A stretch of DNA of 64,000 nt from Botryllus schlosseri (GCA_051294905.1 CM119372.1:18786001-18850000); one strand, 5' to 3'. Counted from the stretch's first letter, positions 38,801-48,594 are shown. Translations and numbers: made by a program. The notes: generated from the letters alone by a model not told the origin.

Positions 38801-41772
38801 TACATTCGATATCGCAGCTCCCTGCAGTGCTATTAGACATCCGTGTATCAGTAACTTGAGCTTGAGAAATTAGGCAGTCGTTGCTCGATATCGGGACATC
38901 GTTCGGATTTTTTGTTTGAAACATGGTCTGTAGTTGTGCGGAATTATCGTGGTGAACAGCATAACTGCCTCTGGCTATATGTGCCTGTTGGTGTGTAAGT
39001 ATCTCTTTCAGGACGGACGAATTTTTCCATTTTCAGACCTGTGGATGGAAATCTTGGGTCCGCTGGAGAAACTCAGGTCTCAGCACAGCGTTTTGAAGCT
39101 ATTCCCAGCTCATATCACCGGGGAGAAACTGTTCGGACTCACGATACCGGTGGTTTCGAGAGTGCTGGAATCGGTAATGGAAAACTCTGCGATCATTTTC
39201 GACAGGGCGGCAAAACTCTTCTGTTCTTACAGCTTCCTAACATCGAACTTTGCTCCGATTATAAATTTCGTTACGGACGCACCCCGCTACTGGAGGTACC
39301 CCTCGCTATCAATCCTACCGGTTGTGCGCGGTCCGAGCCGCATATCAAGCAACATCGCAAGAAGTAATGTTTTTGTTGTTGAAGTTTTCTTTTCATATTG
39401 TTCCTATAAGCGGAAGTGGTCAGTAATAAAGTACCTTTACTTTTTCGGAGTGCTCAAGTAGGTTTTGCCAACTTGAACTACTTACTCAAGTGCTTAGGAT
39501 TTTATGCTACTTGTACTTCAGTGTTTTATATTTTTTCAGTCCAATGGAAGCCTAGAATTCTTTCTTCTACTTTTACCTGAGTAGCAAAGATGACTAATTT
39601 GAACACCTCTATAGTTTCTTTTACCTTGTTGACTAGTGTTAAGTGTATGATCATTTCTCGCAAATTTTTCATGCATTGACAAAGCTTGGTTCGGACAACG
39701 TGTACTCATCCTTTGTTTCTCGTTCAGGCCCCATACTCTCATCAGCAACTTGATCAGCGAGTATTACGAGTCGTCCGGCATCGGCGACGCGTCTTCGCTG
39801 TACGGAAAACAGTTTGTGCATTCCAAGTCGTCGCAGTATCGGAAGATGAAAAACGATTGGAGGTCTAATGTGTATCTCGCACGGTCACGCATTCAAGTAA
39901 GTTTGAGCGTTTGCAAGGGTTCAAACAGATCAAGCTTCTGGGAATTACGGCTGTGCGTATCGGTTCGAGTACCGTGCATAAATCCGATTGAGTATCAATC
40001 GTGAGTTGATTAGTTACAGCCGGTTTTACGAGTGACAAAATTATATGTCATTTTTACAACAAAAATTGTCGTTTCAATACTTCATTTCTGCTGTTGAAGG
40101 CTCAACAAATTGTTCGGCCGTACCTCAACATCCCAATACAAATACACGTTGCACAAGACTGCAAATACTCATGGAACGACATTGTTCTCAATTAGTGATT
40201 GACAATCACAATGGTCCCCAAGTGATAGGAAATAGTGATGGTGTGGAACTATTTTGAATGTGTCCAGAGGTGGTCAAAGTAGTCACCGTCGCTACTCAAG
40301 TAGAAGTAGAAGTAACGCCGGAATTTCTACTCAAGAAGAAGTAGGAGTGGTGGTTCACAAGTGAGTAAGTATTCTACGCCTATTTTTGCCCACAAAACTG
40401 AAAACTGTGAAGTAGAAGTAAAAGTAGTCTAAAATCATGACCACTTAAAAAGTAGTGTGAGTAGGCAAAATCTACTTCAAGTACTTCAAAAAGTAGAAGT
40501 GCTTCGTTACTGACCACCTCTGTGTGTAACTAGTATCAATGTTTTTGCAGCTACAAAAAAAGATGCATATTTGTACTTTTGAAGTCATTGTAACTGTGAT
40601 GTCGTCTTAAGATGTAGTGCTCGTATACTCAACTTGAGACGAAATACTAATTCAGAATCGAACCCAGCTACGCAATTTTGCTCAGCCCCACTGGAGATAC
40701 GATGAGGTTTTTCTTATTGTTTTCGTGCACCTTTTCAGGGTCTTGGGCTGTATTCTGCGCGCGACATCGAACCCGGAACGATGGTTATCGAGTATATCGG
40801 CGACATCATCAGAACGGAAGTGTCGGAGAAAAGAGAGAAAATGTACGAAGAGTCAAATCGGGGAGTGTACATGTTCCGTCTTGACTCTGACCACATCGTC
40901 GACGCCACTGTCACGGGAGGCCCGGCGAGGTAAGCTTTCCTCTAAATCGTTCCAATAGTCGAAGGAAAAAAAAGACTCTGCGCTTTCGTATCATCGTATC
41001 AATTTTCCGTATGATATTGACGCCACCGTTTCTTTCAAGATACATCAATCATTCGTGCAAGCCAAACTGTGTGGCCGAGGTCGTTAATTTCGAGAAGGAG
41101 AAAAAGATTATGATAGTTTCAAATCGTCACATTCTCAAGGGCGAAGAGGTGTGTGTTTAGACACTGAGTATGCTGTTGTTGCAGCTATTTGACGTCAAAA
41201 TGCTAGCTGCTATTTGCTCATATATCTAATTCACGCTGTCTGACCACCTTACCTACCTTACTTCTATTTTTTGGTGTTGTGTGGTACTGAAATGGAAATC
41301 TATGTTGTGAAGTGTGACGTAACAAATTGGTTTTCATTAGAATCTCTGTTTTTATGCTTGTCATCGTGCCTTCAGCTCTCGATAAGGGGCACACAGAAGG
41401 TCTTCGAGTAGCCTACTGCAATGAATGAAGTCTTGAAATCAATATGCATATGATGCTGGTATTGGTAACATAACTATTACTATAAATGACAATTACGTGT
41501 GATAAAACCGTGCCTTGGATTCGAATGAGGAAATGTATCTCACTAGTTGCTTAGATCGTCAGATTCGCATCTATTTTAATCATGAAGTTATTATTCTGCA
41601 CCGGTATTTGTTGTGATATGTAATTGATTTGCCGCACTATGATGTTTCCACCGTTATGTTAATGAACATTATTTCGCAGCTCTCGTACGACTACAAGTTT
41701 GACTTCGAGGACGAAGGCCGGAAGATTCCTTGTCTGTGCGGCGCTTCCAACTGCAAAAAATGGATGAACTGA
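2860..41772 (+). CDS. KMT2C: Histone-lysine N-methyltransferase 2C/2D-like (MLL3/4, Trr), 5'-partial, about 64 exons: 2860-3026, 3906-4004, 4326-4493, 4803-4991, 5060-5113, 5306-5427, 5526-5617, 6042-6129, 6206-6362, 6700-6849, 7215-7378, 9935-10433, 10993-11378, 11444-11508, 12214-12332, 12737-12882, 12955-13077, 14532-14674, 14936-15011, 15462-15802, 16306-16469, 17173-17315, 17372-17569, 18415-18552, 18671-20478, 20859-21021, 21082-21211, 21274-21350, 21797-21970, 22036-22117, 22810-22890, 22957-23103, 23721-23868, 23933-24082, 24841-24950, 25712-26362, 26938-27003, 27084-27156, 27545-27592, 27658-27896, 28856-29017, 29883-30026, 30103-30241, 31200-31339, 32406-32698, 33189-33379, 33538-33617, 33688-33828, 34101-34172, 34372-34488, 34551-34625, 35231-35453, 35956-36098, 36158-36313, 36561-36722, 37626-37809, 38010-38155, 38243-38405, 39037-39173, 39233-39363, 39728-39896, 40739-40929, 41040-41148, 41680-41772
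   Basis: Phase-compatible GT-AG exon chain encoding KMT2C/D signature motifs in the correct order: KKRRKPYRPG|IGGFMVR, KLIDQFPVYLQ|DAFFGK, LKWEKDEQYG|ELATISPVLYANVKYPELKTEYPDWTTR (HMG), YIELRH, PLILQELLDQEKREQE, coiled coil KKNGKEFSLEDAEELK, KRWKGIKWKKW, ePHD, FYRN, FYRC, INPTGCARSEP, SET, post-SET ending [13 protein letters not shown]. C versus D paralogue cannot be resolved; boundaries in low-complexity parts are less certain. Confidence 0.93.
4326..5617 (+). CDS. KMT2C: KMT2C/D exons with conserved KPYRPGIGGFMVR and FPxYLQ-xAFFGK motifs
   Basis: 4326-4493 ends KKRRKPYRP-G and 4803 begins G-IGGFMVRSR; 5306-5427 ends KHRKKKRMKLIDQFPVYLQ and 5526 begins DAFFGKEVM. Confidence 0.9.
7005..7113 (-). 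mobile_element. Solo terminal fragment of the hAT MITE family seen at 51944-54571
   Basis: Reverse complement reads agtgttgagatcaagtccctaccttcgagtcacaag...gactcgagtcaag, matching the left end at 51944. Confidence 0.7.
7828..9743. mobile_element. Non-autonomous hAT element containing a nested hAT element
   Basis: TIRs cagtggttcttaacct / aggttaagaaccactg; perfect 8-bp TSD ggctacaa (7820-7827, 9744-9751); no ORF. Confidence 0.88.
8064..9137. mobile_element. Nested non-autonomous hAT element
   Basis: TIRs caggcgcgtagccag / ctggctacgcgtctg (1 mismatch); perfect 8-bp TSD acagggcc (8056-8063, 9138-9145). Confidence 0.88.
10803..10975 (+). mobile_element. tRNA-derived SINE, decayed copy
   Basis: A-box-like tagcgtaatgg (10805), B-box-like ggttcattccc (10849), followed by a core (ggtcagacgaaagac...gggtagcatggag) homologous to the copy at 47940-48199. 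Confidence 0.65.
12214..13077 (+). CDS. KMT2C: KMT2C/D HMG-box exons (12214-12332, 12737-12882, 12955-13077)
   Basis: NQRNVLKWEKDEQYG/ELATISPVLYANVKYPELKTEYPDWTTRARHISKLWRKTTPEERAPFL/SKAKDNR matches the KMT2C/D HMG-like box. Confidence 0.92.
13338..13990. mobile_element. Foldback element with about 310-bp inverted arms
   Basis: 13338-13648 is a near-perfect reverse complement of 13680-13990, with a 31-nt spacer; flanked by tta on both sides; related to 36943-37460 and 60283-60650. Confidence 0.85.
18671..20478 (+). CDS. KMT2C: 1.8-kb KMT2C/D exon, acidic and Ser/Thr-rich, ending in an LxxLL-type NR box
   Basis: Acceptor ttttcag at 18670, open in frame with ORF 18902-20515, ends WPLLIKEQPLILQELLDQEKREQEKA-R|gt. 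Confidence 0.85.
21441..21610 (-). mobile_element. Short non-autonomous element with degenerate (CCTAAC)n-like tract, possibly Helentron/DINE-like
   Basis: gttaaggttagggttt tract; the reverse complement start ggttgccagaca resembles gggttgcccgaca at 30542. Confidence 0.4.
27307..27448. mobile_element. Tc1/mariner (pogo/Tigger-type) MITE
   Basis: ta|cagtcgaatccgcttaattc ... gaattaagcgtagtctactg|ta: imperfect TIRs beginning CAGT, with TA TSD. Confidence 0.7.
30542..30812 (+). mobile_element. Short non-autonomous element with (CCTAAC)n-like tract and gcatgcgac/gtcgcatgc inverted subrepeats
   Basis: cctaacctaaagcctaaccttaacccaacc tract at about 30690-30740, flanked by inverted gcatgcgac motifs. 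Confidence 0.45.
34372..34625 (+). CDS. KMT2C: KMT2C/D Cys-rich CxxC...FCxxxC motif exons
   Basis: KRCCLFCKTLVKKNGVRMPKFD / GSAYEEDEIFCNKDCFIKYE. Confidence 0.75.
36158..37809 (+). CDS. KMT2C: KMT2C/D extended PHD (ePHD) exons
   Basis: DRRTCVFCGVRGDGNTDSVARLLNVDVDRWVHLNCALWSAEVYETQ/GGALINVDLA...CCLCQKKGATIHCHRPRCVNTYHCQCAIDVKCVFFK/DKTVLCPTH. Confidence 0.93.
36943..37460. mobile_element. Decayed foldback element of the 13338 family
   Basis: 37010-37160 is an inverted repeat of 37305-37455; shares ttgttaggttacct and aaatttggYtcaattcca.ccagta with 13338; begins ttaa|ggg. Confidence 0.7.
38010..39363 (+). CDS. KMT2C: KMT2C/D FYRN, FYRC and WIN-motif exons
   Basis: LRVGALIFENVGQL...AIYPLGYRATRMFWSRT/NMRRRCRYQCSI; DLWMEILGPL...ITGEKLFGLTIPVVSRVLES/LPNIELCSDYKFRYGRTPLLEVPLAINPTGCARSEP. 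Confidence 0.93.
39728..41772 (+). CDS. KMT2C: KMT2C/D SET and post-SET exons
   Basis: YGKQFVHSKSSQYRKMKNDWRSNVYLARSRIQ/GLGLYSARDIEPGTMVIEYIG...DATVTGGPAR/YINHSCKPNC...KGEE/[33 protein letters not shown]. Confidence 0.96.
40265..40522. mobile_element. Representative of an abundant MITE family (termini cagaggtggtca...tgaccacctctg; internal agtagaagta / tacttgagta repeats)
   Basis: TIRs are complete here; fragments near 4570, 12355, 16890, 17670, 18100, 22500, 23243, 36350-36511, 39415, 49265, 49960, 54590, 55220 and 58030-58139. No clear TSD in this copy. Confidence 0.7.
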
Positions 41773-42931
41773 TGCTTGACAGCAGTCGTCATTATATTGT
41801 TACTTAGTCGCTGGTTTGATATGACATCTTGCAATAACTGCCATACTATCGTGAAGTGCCTCCTGCATTGTTTCCAAAGTATGAAGCAGGACCTTCTTCA
41901 ATGCATTTGTTTCCTTACAATACCGTAGGACACGGGCCTAAATCTAGATGAGAAACTCGTTGAAAACTGTACATACGGCCATGATCATTTCCAATGCTTT
42001 TGCAATTTTGTCGACTTCCCATTTCTACCATTCTACCAATGAATTTTCGTCATATTTCAGCTTCATTACGGTTTTGGTACTCTGTTATCCTTGCCTCATG
42101 AAATAGGTAGGAATCATTATGAATAATATCTTGGTGGTGATCCATGTACTTGTTTCTTGACAATATCTGTGGATATTCTCAGTCGATAATGTGTTTGTAT
42201 TTGTATTATTTTCAGTATGAGATGCATGATTAAAAGAAGACTTGGAGTTTTTAATATGCGTTTTCTGAGTTTATAGTAACATTTAATGGGATTCAAGATC
42301 AATCCCGTCAGCCTATGAAGGATGGGCTGCGTGGTTGTTGAAATGCTATTTTTCATGTGACATCGAATGCTATCGAGGTTAGAAATAGTGGGTTACTATT
42401 GTCACTTTGATGGCTTCTACACAGCAAAGTGTGGTACCATAACAGCGCTCAAGCAGCCATACTATTTGTGAAAGTAAACCTGCACTATCTAATGAACTGA
42501 AGAAAGGTCAGGTAGGCAAACGATGTTGCCAGTGTGCTCAAAGCCGCCTCTATAACAGTGCCCAATAATTTTCGGCAATGCATGGTAGTTTGTTATCGAG
42601 GGGGCTGCGAAGCTGATGTAATACGGACGTCCGCATAGTCCATTCACGCCAGTAAGTCGAGATGGAGTTTAGATTGATGGACCGTACTTATATATGAGCA
42701 TTACATCGCCGTCTATATCCTGAGCGAACGAAAACAATGGAGTCGCTGGTTATAATTGTGACATCGTATTGAATAATCAAAAGTCACCTACACTCGTACA
42801 TGAAATAATTAAGGATTCAGAGCCCGCCACCCGGGGAAAATGATGAATCTGGCTTCGATCCTGTTTTAGAATAACTTAGAATAACTAGTATCTCTGTCTG
42901 AATCCAAAATATTCATCATGCATATTTGATT

Positions 42932-43480
42932 CAGTGGTGGCTTTTGGGGTGGCCGAGGTGGGCAGTCGCCCGGGCCCCCCTGTTGGAAGCCCCCCTTCTT
43001 TGGTCAATCATCAAGTCTTGATGTCCTTGCAGCCATGCAATACATATGACCTGATCCAGCGCCTGGTTCAAACCTTGACGTGGTGTGCTGGCTCATGTCA
43101 GCTGATAGCATTCCAGGTGTGGGCTATTCAGCCTGCAGCAGTTGTATCGCTATTCTATTATTTCACGATAAATGCCATACATCTTCAACTGGTTCACTTC
43201 TTTTATAATTTGTCAATGTATCATAAAAAAAGGCTCACGAGCTATTCAGCATCCCTGCCTGCTTCAAATTGTAACATTATAGAATGTGAAATGTTTACAT
43301 TCTATAAGTAAAATACACATCACTACCCCCGTTCCATATGTGGCACTAATATTAAGTTGTTAACAACAGATGCGAAAGAGGGGTCTGGGAGGCGGAGCCC
43401 ACCAGAAGCTGCGATTACATACTTATAGGGGGGCCCCGGAAGTCTCGCCCAGGGCCCTCCCAATCGTAGGGCCACCACTG
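42932..43480. mobile_element. Non-autonomous hAT element
   Basis: TIRs cagtggtggc / gccaccactg with GC-rich gggcccc subtermini; degenerate TSD atttgatt / gtttgatc (6 of 8). Confidence 0.7.
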
Positions 43481-43764
43481 GTTTGATCAGACCAGTTGAG
43501 CCTTCCCAGAGTCCTACGCCGTTAAATTTCTTTTGTAAATATTTTTATACGTTAATTTGATTCAGCTACGTTAATTGCTATACTACGATCCCGATATGTC
43601 ACAGCAGTGACCTGATCACTGACCACAAATCTATTCAAGCGTATCGTGCAATGTTTACGGTGTGGAGATCCTCGTGTGCTTTCCCACCGCAGTTCGGTAG
43701 CTTAGCAGGGACTCTTGATATATATCTCTTGTATGATTGCGATATCGCATAATCATCTGCAGCG

Positions 43765-46023
43765 ATGGCGGAATTGATACAAACTATTGAGGAAGGTGAA
43801 GACGTATTCATAGATGAAGAACAGAGCGATGAAAGTGAGGATGAAAACGCGAAAAGTAAACAACGAATAAAACAGTTGAAACAACAGAAAAAGGGTTTCA
43901 ACAAAGATTTCGTCTTTGATGCCGATGACGTAGACACTTCCTTAACTATGAAAGCTATTATGGATTCAATACACTTCAAAAAACACGTAGCCAGGACGTC
44001 TTTGGATGAGAAAATTGCGGAAGTACGGAAATCCAGGATGATTAAGAATGCTCATTTTAACGTAAGCAAAACGAAAGATGAAAACAAAGATGTGATCGAA
44101 GAAGAAGCAGATGCCACTGACAGCGAATCCGAATTAATTGTGCCCAAGCAAGATAAAATCCGAATTAAAAAGAAGAAAGGGGCCAAAGATGACGATCTTG
44201 AGGAAGAAATTCGGCAAAACATTAAAGAAAAAAAAGTGAAATTAACAATCGAAGGCGACATCAGCGATGAAGAATTTTTCGCTTCGACGCCTCACTGGAA
44301 TCCCGAGATGAATTTTGCAGAAATGAATATGTCGCGTCCCCTTCTAAAAGGAATAAGTGCCGTAAATTACATCACCCCGACGCCTATTCAACAAGCCACC
44401 ATTCCTGTCGCGCTTTTAGGTAAAGACATATGCGCTTGCGCCGCTACCGGTACGGGGAAAACTGCCGCATTTATGCTTCCGGTTTTAGAGAGATTGCTCT
44501 TCAAACCTCGCTTAGCACCAGTCACAAGAGTTCTGTGTTTGGTTCCTACTCGAGAATTGGCAATACAGGTGCATTCTCTCACGCGACAACTTGCTCAATT
44601 CACCGACGTTCAAACATGTCTCGCAGCCGGAGGCCTTGATTTAAAATCGCAGGAGGCCGCCCTACGACAAGGTCCGGATGTGTTAATCGCAACTCCCGGA
44701 CGATTAATAGACCACCTGCATAACACTCCCTCTTTTCAGTTGGATTCTGTCGAAATTTTGATTTTGGACGAAGCAGATCGTATGCTGGACGAATTTTTCG
44801 CCGAACAAATGACTGAAATTATCAAATTATGCTCGGCCAATCGACAAACGATGTTGTTTTCTGCCACAATGACGGAGCAAGTCAATGAGCTGGCAGCTGT
44901 CGCTTTAAAAAAGCCTGTAAAATTGTTTGTCAATAGTAATACGGAAGTCGCCCCATATTTAAGACAAGAGTTTATTAGGATCCGACCGAACAAAGAAGGA
45001 GATCGGGAAGCCATCGTCGCTGCGTTGTGTTCAAGAACTTTCGTAACCAGTGTTCTGATGTTCACCCAAACGAAAAAACAAGCCCATAGAATGCACATCG
45101 TTTTGGGTTTGTTAGGTCTTAAAGTAGCCGAATTGCACGGCGATTTAAATCAGGCCCAAAGGTTGGACGGGCTGGAAAAATTTCGAAGTGCGGAAGTTGA
45201 TATTCTAGTGTGTACGGATTTAGCAGCCCGTGGTTTGGATATTAGCAATGTAAAGACGGTTATCAATTTCACGATGCCAAACACCATCAAGCATTATGTG
45301 CACAGAGTTGGAAGAACTGCCCGCGCTGGCAAGACCGGGAGATCGGTGTCTCTAGTCGGCGAATCGGAGAGAAAAATGTTGAAAGAAATTGTGAAATTAG
45401 CAAAAAATCCGGTGCGTAGCAGATTGGTGCCTCCTGCGGTTATTGAACGGTACAAAACTAAATTGGAAGAGCTTGATCCGGAAGTAGGATCAGTCCTGCG
45501 AATGGAAATTGAAGAGAAAGAATTGATGAAATCGGAAGCGCAACTATCGAAAGGACAGAGAATACTTCAGAAGAACCCGTCAGACCCGCCTCCGGAAAAG
45601 AGAAACTGGTTTCAGACAACGATCGAACGTGAAACCGTACGCGCAGAACGCATGCTCGGAGTGCATTCGGAAGCGAAACCCGGCAAAAAGAGATCGAAAC
45701 AAAAGCAGAATTTCATCGCCCCTCCCAAAAACGCTCAAGAGCGAGCGGCGAAAGAGCTGGAGAAGGTGCAAGCGTTCCAGATGCGTGAAAAGAAACGAAA
45801 AAGAAAGCCAAAACGAATGCGAGCCTGTTACGAAAATCCGGGGCCTGTGAAACCGACAAAGCAGACGAAGAAAGCATCGTCTTTCGACGCGGAACTCACC
45901 AACACCTCGTCGAGAGCAGTGAAAAAGTTCAGGGCCAACCCTAGTTATGAAGAGCGCAAGAAATTCGGTATTGCTAAGAAGCAGCGTAAAGGATCAAAAT
46001 TTGGGGGCCAGAGGGCCAAATAG
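43765..46023 (+). CDS. DDX27: ATP-dependent DEAD-box RNA helicase DDX27 (Drs1-like), single coding exon, 752 aa
   Basis: Uninterrupted ORF with N-terminal LIQTIEE...FNKDFVF, Q motif TPTPIQQATIPVALLGKDICACAATGTGKTAAF, PTRELA, LILDEADRML, SAT, TDLAARGLD, HRVGRTARAG and a basic C-terminal tail; AATAAA at 46058. Confidence 0.95.
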   Translation: MAELIQTIEEGEDVFIDEEQSDESEDENAKSKQRIKQLKQQKKGFNKDFVFDADDVDTSLTMKAIMDSIHFKKHVARTSLDEKIAEVRKSRMIKNAHFNVSKTKDENKDVIEEEADATDSESELIVPKQDKIRIKKKKGAKDDDLEEEIRQNIKEKKVKLTIEGDISDEEFFASTPHWNPEMNFAEMNMSRPLLKGISAVNYITPTPIQQATIPVALLGKDICACAATGTGKTAAFMLPVLERLLFKPRLAPVTRVLCLVPTRELAIQVHSLTRQLAQFTDVQTCLAAGGLDLKSQEAALRQGPDVLIATPGRLIDHLHNTPSFQLDSVEILILDEADRMLDEFFAEQMTEIIKLCSANRQTMLFSATMTEQVNELAAVALKKPVKLFVNSNTEVAPYLRQEFIRIRPNKEGDREAIVAALCSRTFVTSVLMFTQTKKQAHRMHIVLGLLGLKVAELHGDLNQAQRLDGLEKFRSAEVDILVCTDLAARGLDISNVKTVINFTMPNTIKHYVHRVGRTARAGKTGRSVSLVGESERKMLKEIVKLAKNPVRSRLVPPAVIERYKTKLEELDPEVGSVLRMEIEEKELMKSEAQLSKGQRILQKNPSDPPPEKRNWFQTTIERETVRAERMLGVHSEAKPGKKRSKQKQNFIAPPKNAQERAAKELEKVQAFQMREKKRKRKPKRMRACYENPGPVKPTKQTKKASSFDAELTNTSSRAVKKFRANPSYEERKKFGIAKKQRKGSKFGGQRAK

Positions 46024-46363
46024 CTTTGTCATTTCTCTTGGTGGTGTCGATTTTGTGAATAAAGTTATTGGATGATCCTCGTGACGTGAATGATTTGTCT
46101 TTACGCAATTCGGATCTATTAAACATAGTTGACGATTCCAACCGTGATGAGTATATCAGTTATATTTTTGCAGTATTTGTTGGTGGATCAGCAGAGTCTG
46201 ATTAGACGATAAGTCTAGTCACTTGTGGTTTTCAACCAGTGAAGATTTCCACGAGCAAAGTGGAGGTGCCAGGTGCGTTGCTAATAGTTAATAATGAAGG
46301 CGACTGTATTATCATTCAATAAATTTCAAAACGTTCTCTTGAAACCATACAACCAGTCGAAGT

Positions 46364-46920
46364 GAGAGAGAGAGAGAGAGTTCTTTTATTCGTCAACCAT
46401 GAAATATAGTAAAGGCAATGTCCACAAACATTCACGTCCAATAGTATACATTTTTTAAATTTTTTCCTCACTATAATTTGCACGGTATAGACTGGGAGAC
46501 CCGATATGACCGGAGTCACCCAAGCATATTGGCAGTATTAATTATAATATGGATCAATTTTTTCTCTCAGTCAAGTAGCACCGCAAAGAGTAACGAAATA
46601 AACAAAAGTAAATAAAAGACAGCAACACTAGTGAAGGACGGTTACCATAGTTAACAGTGTGATCAGAAAATAACAATTTGACCCATGTACACAGTGGTAA
46701 TATAATTGTAGCATATTAAATGAACCAAAACAACAAACAACATTACTGTGGTCATGAGATATGTTCTTCTTAGTACTTGGATAATATAAATTTGCAATAG
46801 CGAGCTTTAAATGTATGATAAGGAAGAGTACGGTACAAAGTTGGTACATTGTTCCAAAATTTCACACCTATATAAGATAGGGAATTTCTTGACTTCGCGC
46901 CCGTTCTGTCCATCTCGTGA
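46364..46920 (-). mobile_element. 3' end of a CR1/L2-like LINE
   Basis: Minus strand 46920-46770 reads ...SRNSLSYIGVKFWNNVPTLYRTLPYHTFKARYCKFILSKY*, resembling CR1/L2 ORF2 C-termini; followed by a 3' UTR with an imperfect hairpin (about 46495-46525), AATAAA and a (TC)n tail at 46364-46380. Confidence 0.55.
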
Positions 46921-47554
46921 CCGAGGATCCAGTCCAGTGTCGATAGCACCCTCCTGTGCCGTAACTCCTACACCCCGACCTCTGTATTGGTGCATAGAAT
47001 TATATTATAGAGAATTTTTTAACATTTTCTTCAAAGCTAGGCAATTTTACGTCGCATTCGTCATCGACTGGGTGTTTTTTAAAGGCGTGTAAGAACAGGG
47101 CCGTGGAGGCGGAGGAGTCCAGATAAACCTCCGACACTTCGAAACGTGCTACTGCCGATATTAGAACCGTAGTGTCTCACGCCAATGGCTACGTCAGCTA
47201 CCCCACCAGTAAACGTAGCAACCGCCTATATACAACACACATAACACATGCAGTAGTTATACCAACTTGTCAGGTGTTATAACGGACCGCTGGTCCTCTT
47301 TAACGCAGGGATGGATATTGTGTGACCTCAACATACGTCGAGCTATTTGAACCAATTTCACGTCACATAAAACCAACCTACACTCTCAGCGAAAAGAGTG
47401 TGCACTGTGCATATATGCATGGTTCACACCCAAAAGGTGGTACACGAACACAGAACGTAACTCAGAATTATACCCCGGTTATAAATCCTACGTGCTTGCA
47501 GACGTCTCTAAGGCAAGCACCATTTCGATTAAAATGTTGTGTTTGATTTATACC

Positions 47555-48594
47555 CAGGGTTGCCATACCGTCCTTATTTCTAAGATTTGTCCTTATTTTG
47601 AAGAGCCACGTCTTAGAAAACTCAACTGTCCTTGTTTTCGACCTGCGTCCTTATTTTGTCTTATTTTCGACAACTACAGAACTTCGATCATTTTCCTCTG
47701 GTATCTGTGTTGCAATATCTGCAATTGTGACATTGACCTGGAGGCCATATGAAAAAGACCGCTATTTCAACTTATATTGATACCCCAAAACACAAGAAGT
47801 GTGTCAGCTGCTGCTGAGGATACCTGGGGCATTCCATGCTGACAAAAACCAGCAATCATTCCTCACCAACGATTGCACATCGCAATATTCCCCGATTATA
47901 ACCTCGCAAGGAGTTTGCTTCAGCCAGGACCAAGACTACAAGAGAGAGAGAGAGAGATATGATATTCTTTCTCGCCTGCACCATCGAGATGCTTTGGCGA
48001 CGGAGTTGCGATACGGCCCCATGAGGTCATCTAGTCTGCGCCCCCGTTTTTTTTTCTCCTCCATGCTATCCGTGATTGCTGAGCGCCTAGCAGGATAGCT
48101 GCGGATACCATTTTTCGAGTCTTTGGTATGACCCAGCCGGGGATCGAACCCACGACCTACCGCTCGAGAAGCCGGACGCATAACCATTACACTATCTCTG
48201 GAGTTCTTGCTCCATATATCCTCAAAAATGATTTTGTCTGAACTTGGTGTACAGCCTTTTCCCATATTTGTTGACGCCTCCAATCACAGCGAGGTGAAGA
48301 AGTTTCGTTTATCGCCCTATGGGGGCCCAAGACCATCGTATTGCTTTTTTTGGGGGGTAACGAAGTGCTGTTTCGGTCCTGAGTAAAGGTAAACCTAGAC
48401 GTGAGCGGCCGTGAGATCAATGAAGCACTTTCTGAGAACAAGGAGTTGCTGGATCAGATTGTTTCTGGCGAAAATATGGAAAATGATATATGCCACGCCT
48501 CGTATAAATACACAGTATGTACGAAAATGATTTTAAATGCCAATCTAATTTTTCGACTGTCCTTATTTTTGGGTCCATGTCGATGGCAACCCTG
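47555..48594. mobile_element. Non-autonomous hAT element containing a SINE
   Basis: TIRs cagggttgcca / tggcaaccctg; perfect 8-bp TSD tttatacc (47547-47554, 48595-48602); gtccttattt subterminal repeats. Confidence 0.85.
47940..48199 (-). mobile_element. tRNA-derived SINE with (TC)n tail
   Basis: Minus strand: A box tagtgtaatgg, B box ggttcgatccc, core ggtcataccaaagactcgaaaaatggta...gcgctcagca, ending gaatatcata(tc)n. Confidence 0.8.

Noticed and set aside
48110-48199. tRNA gene (also 10803-10875)
   Set aside because: A and B boxes are present, but there is no closed acceptor stem, and the sequence continues into a SINE core and tail.
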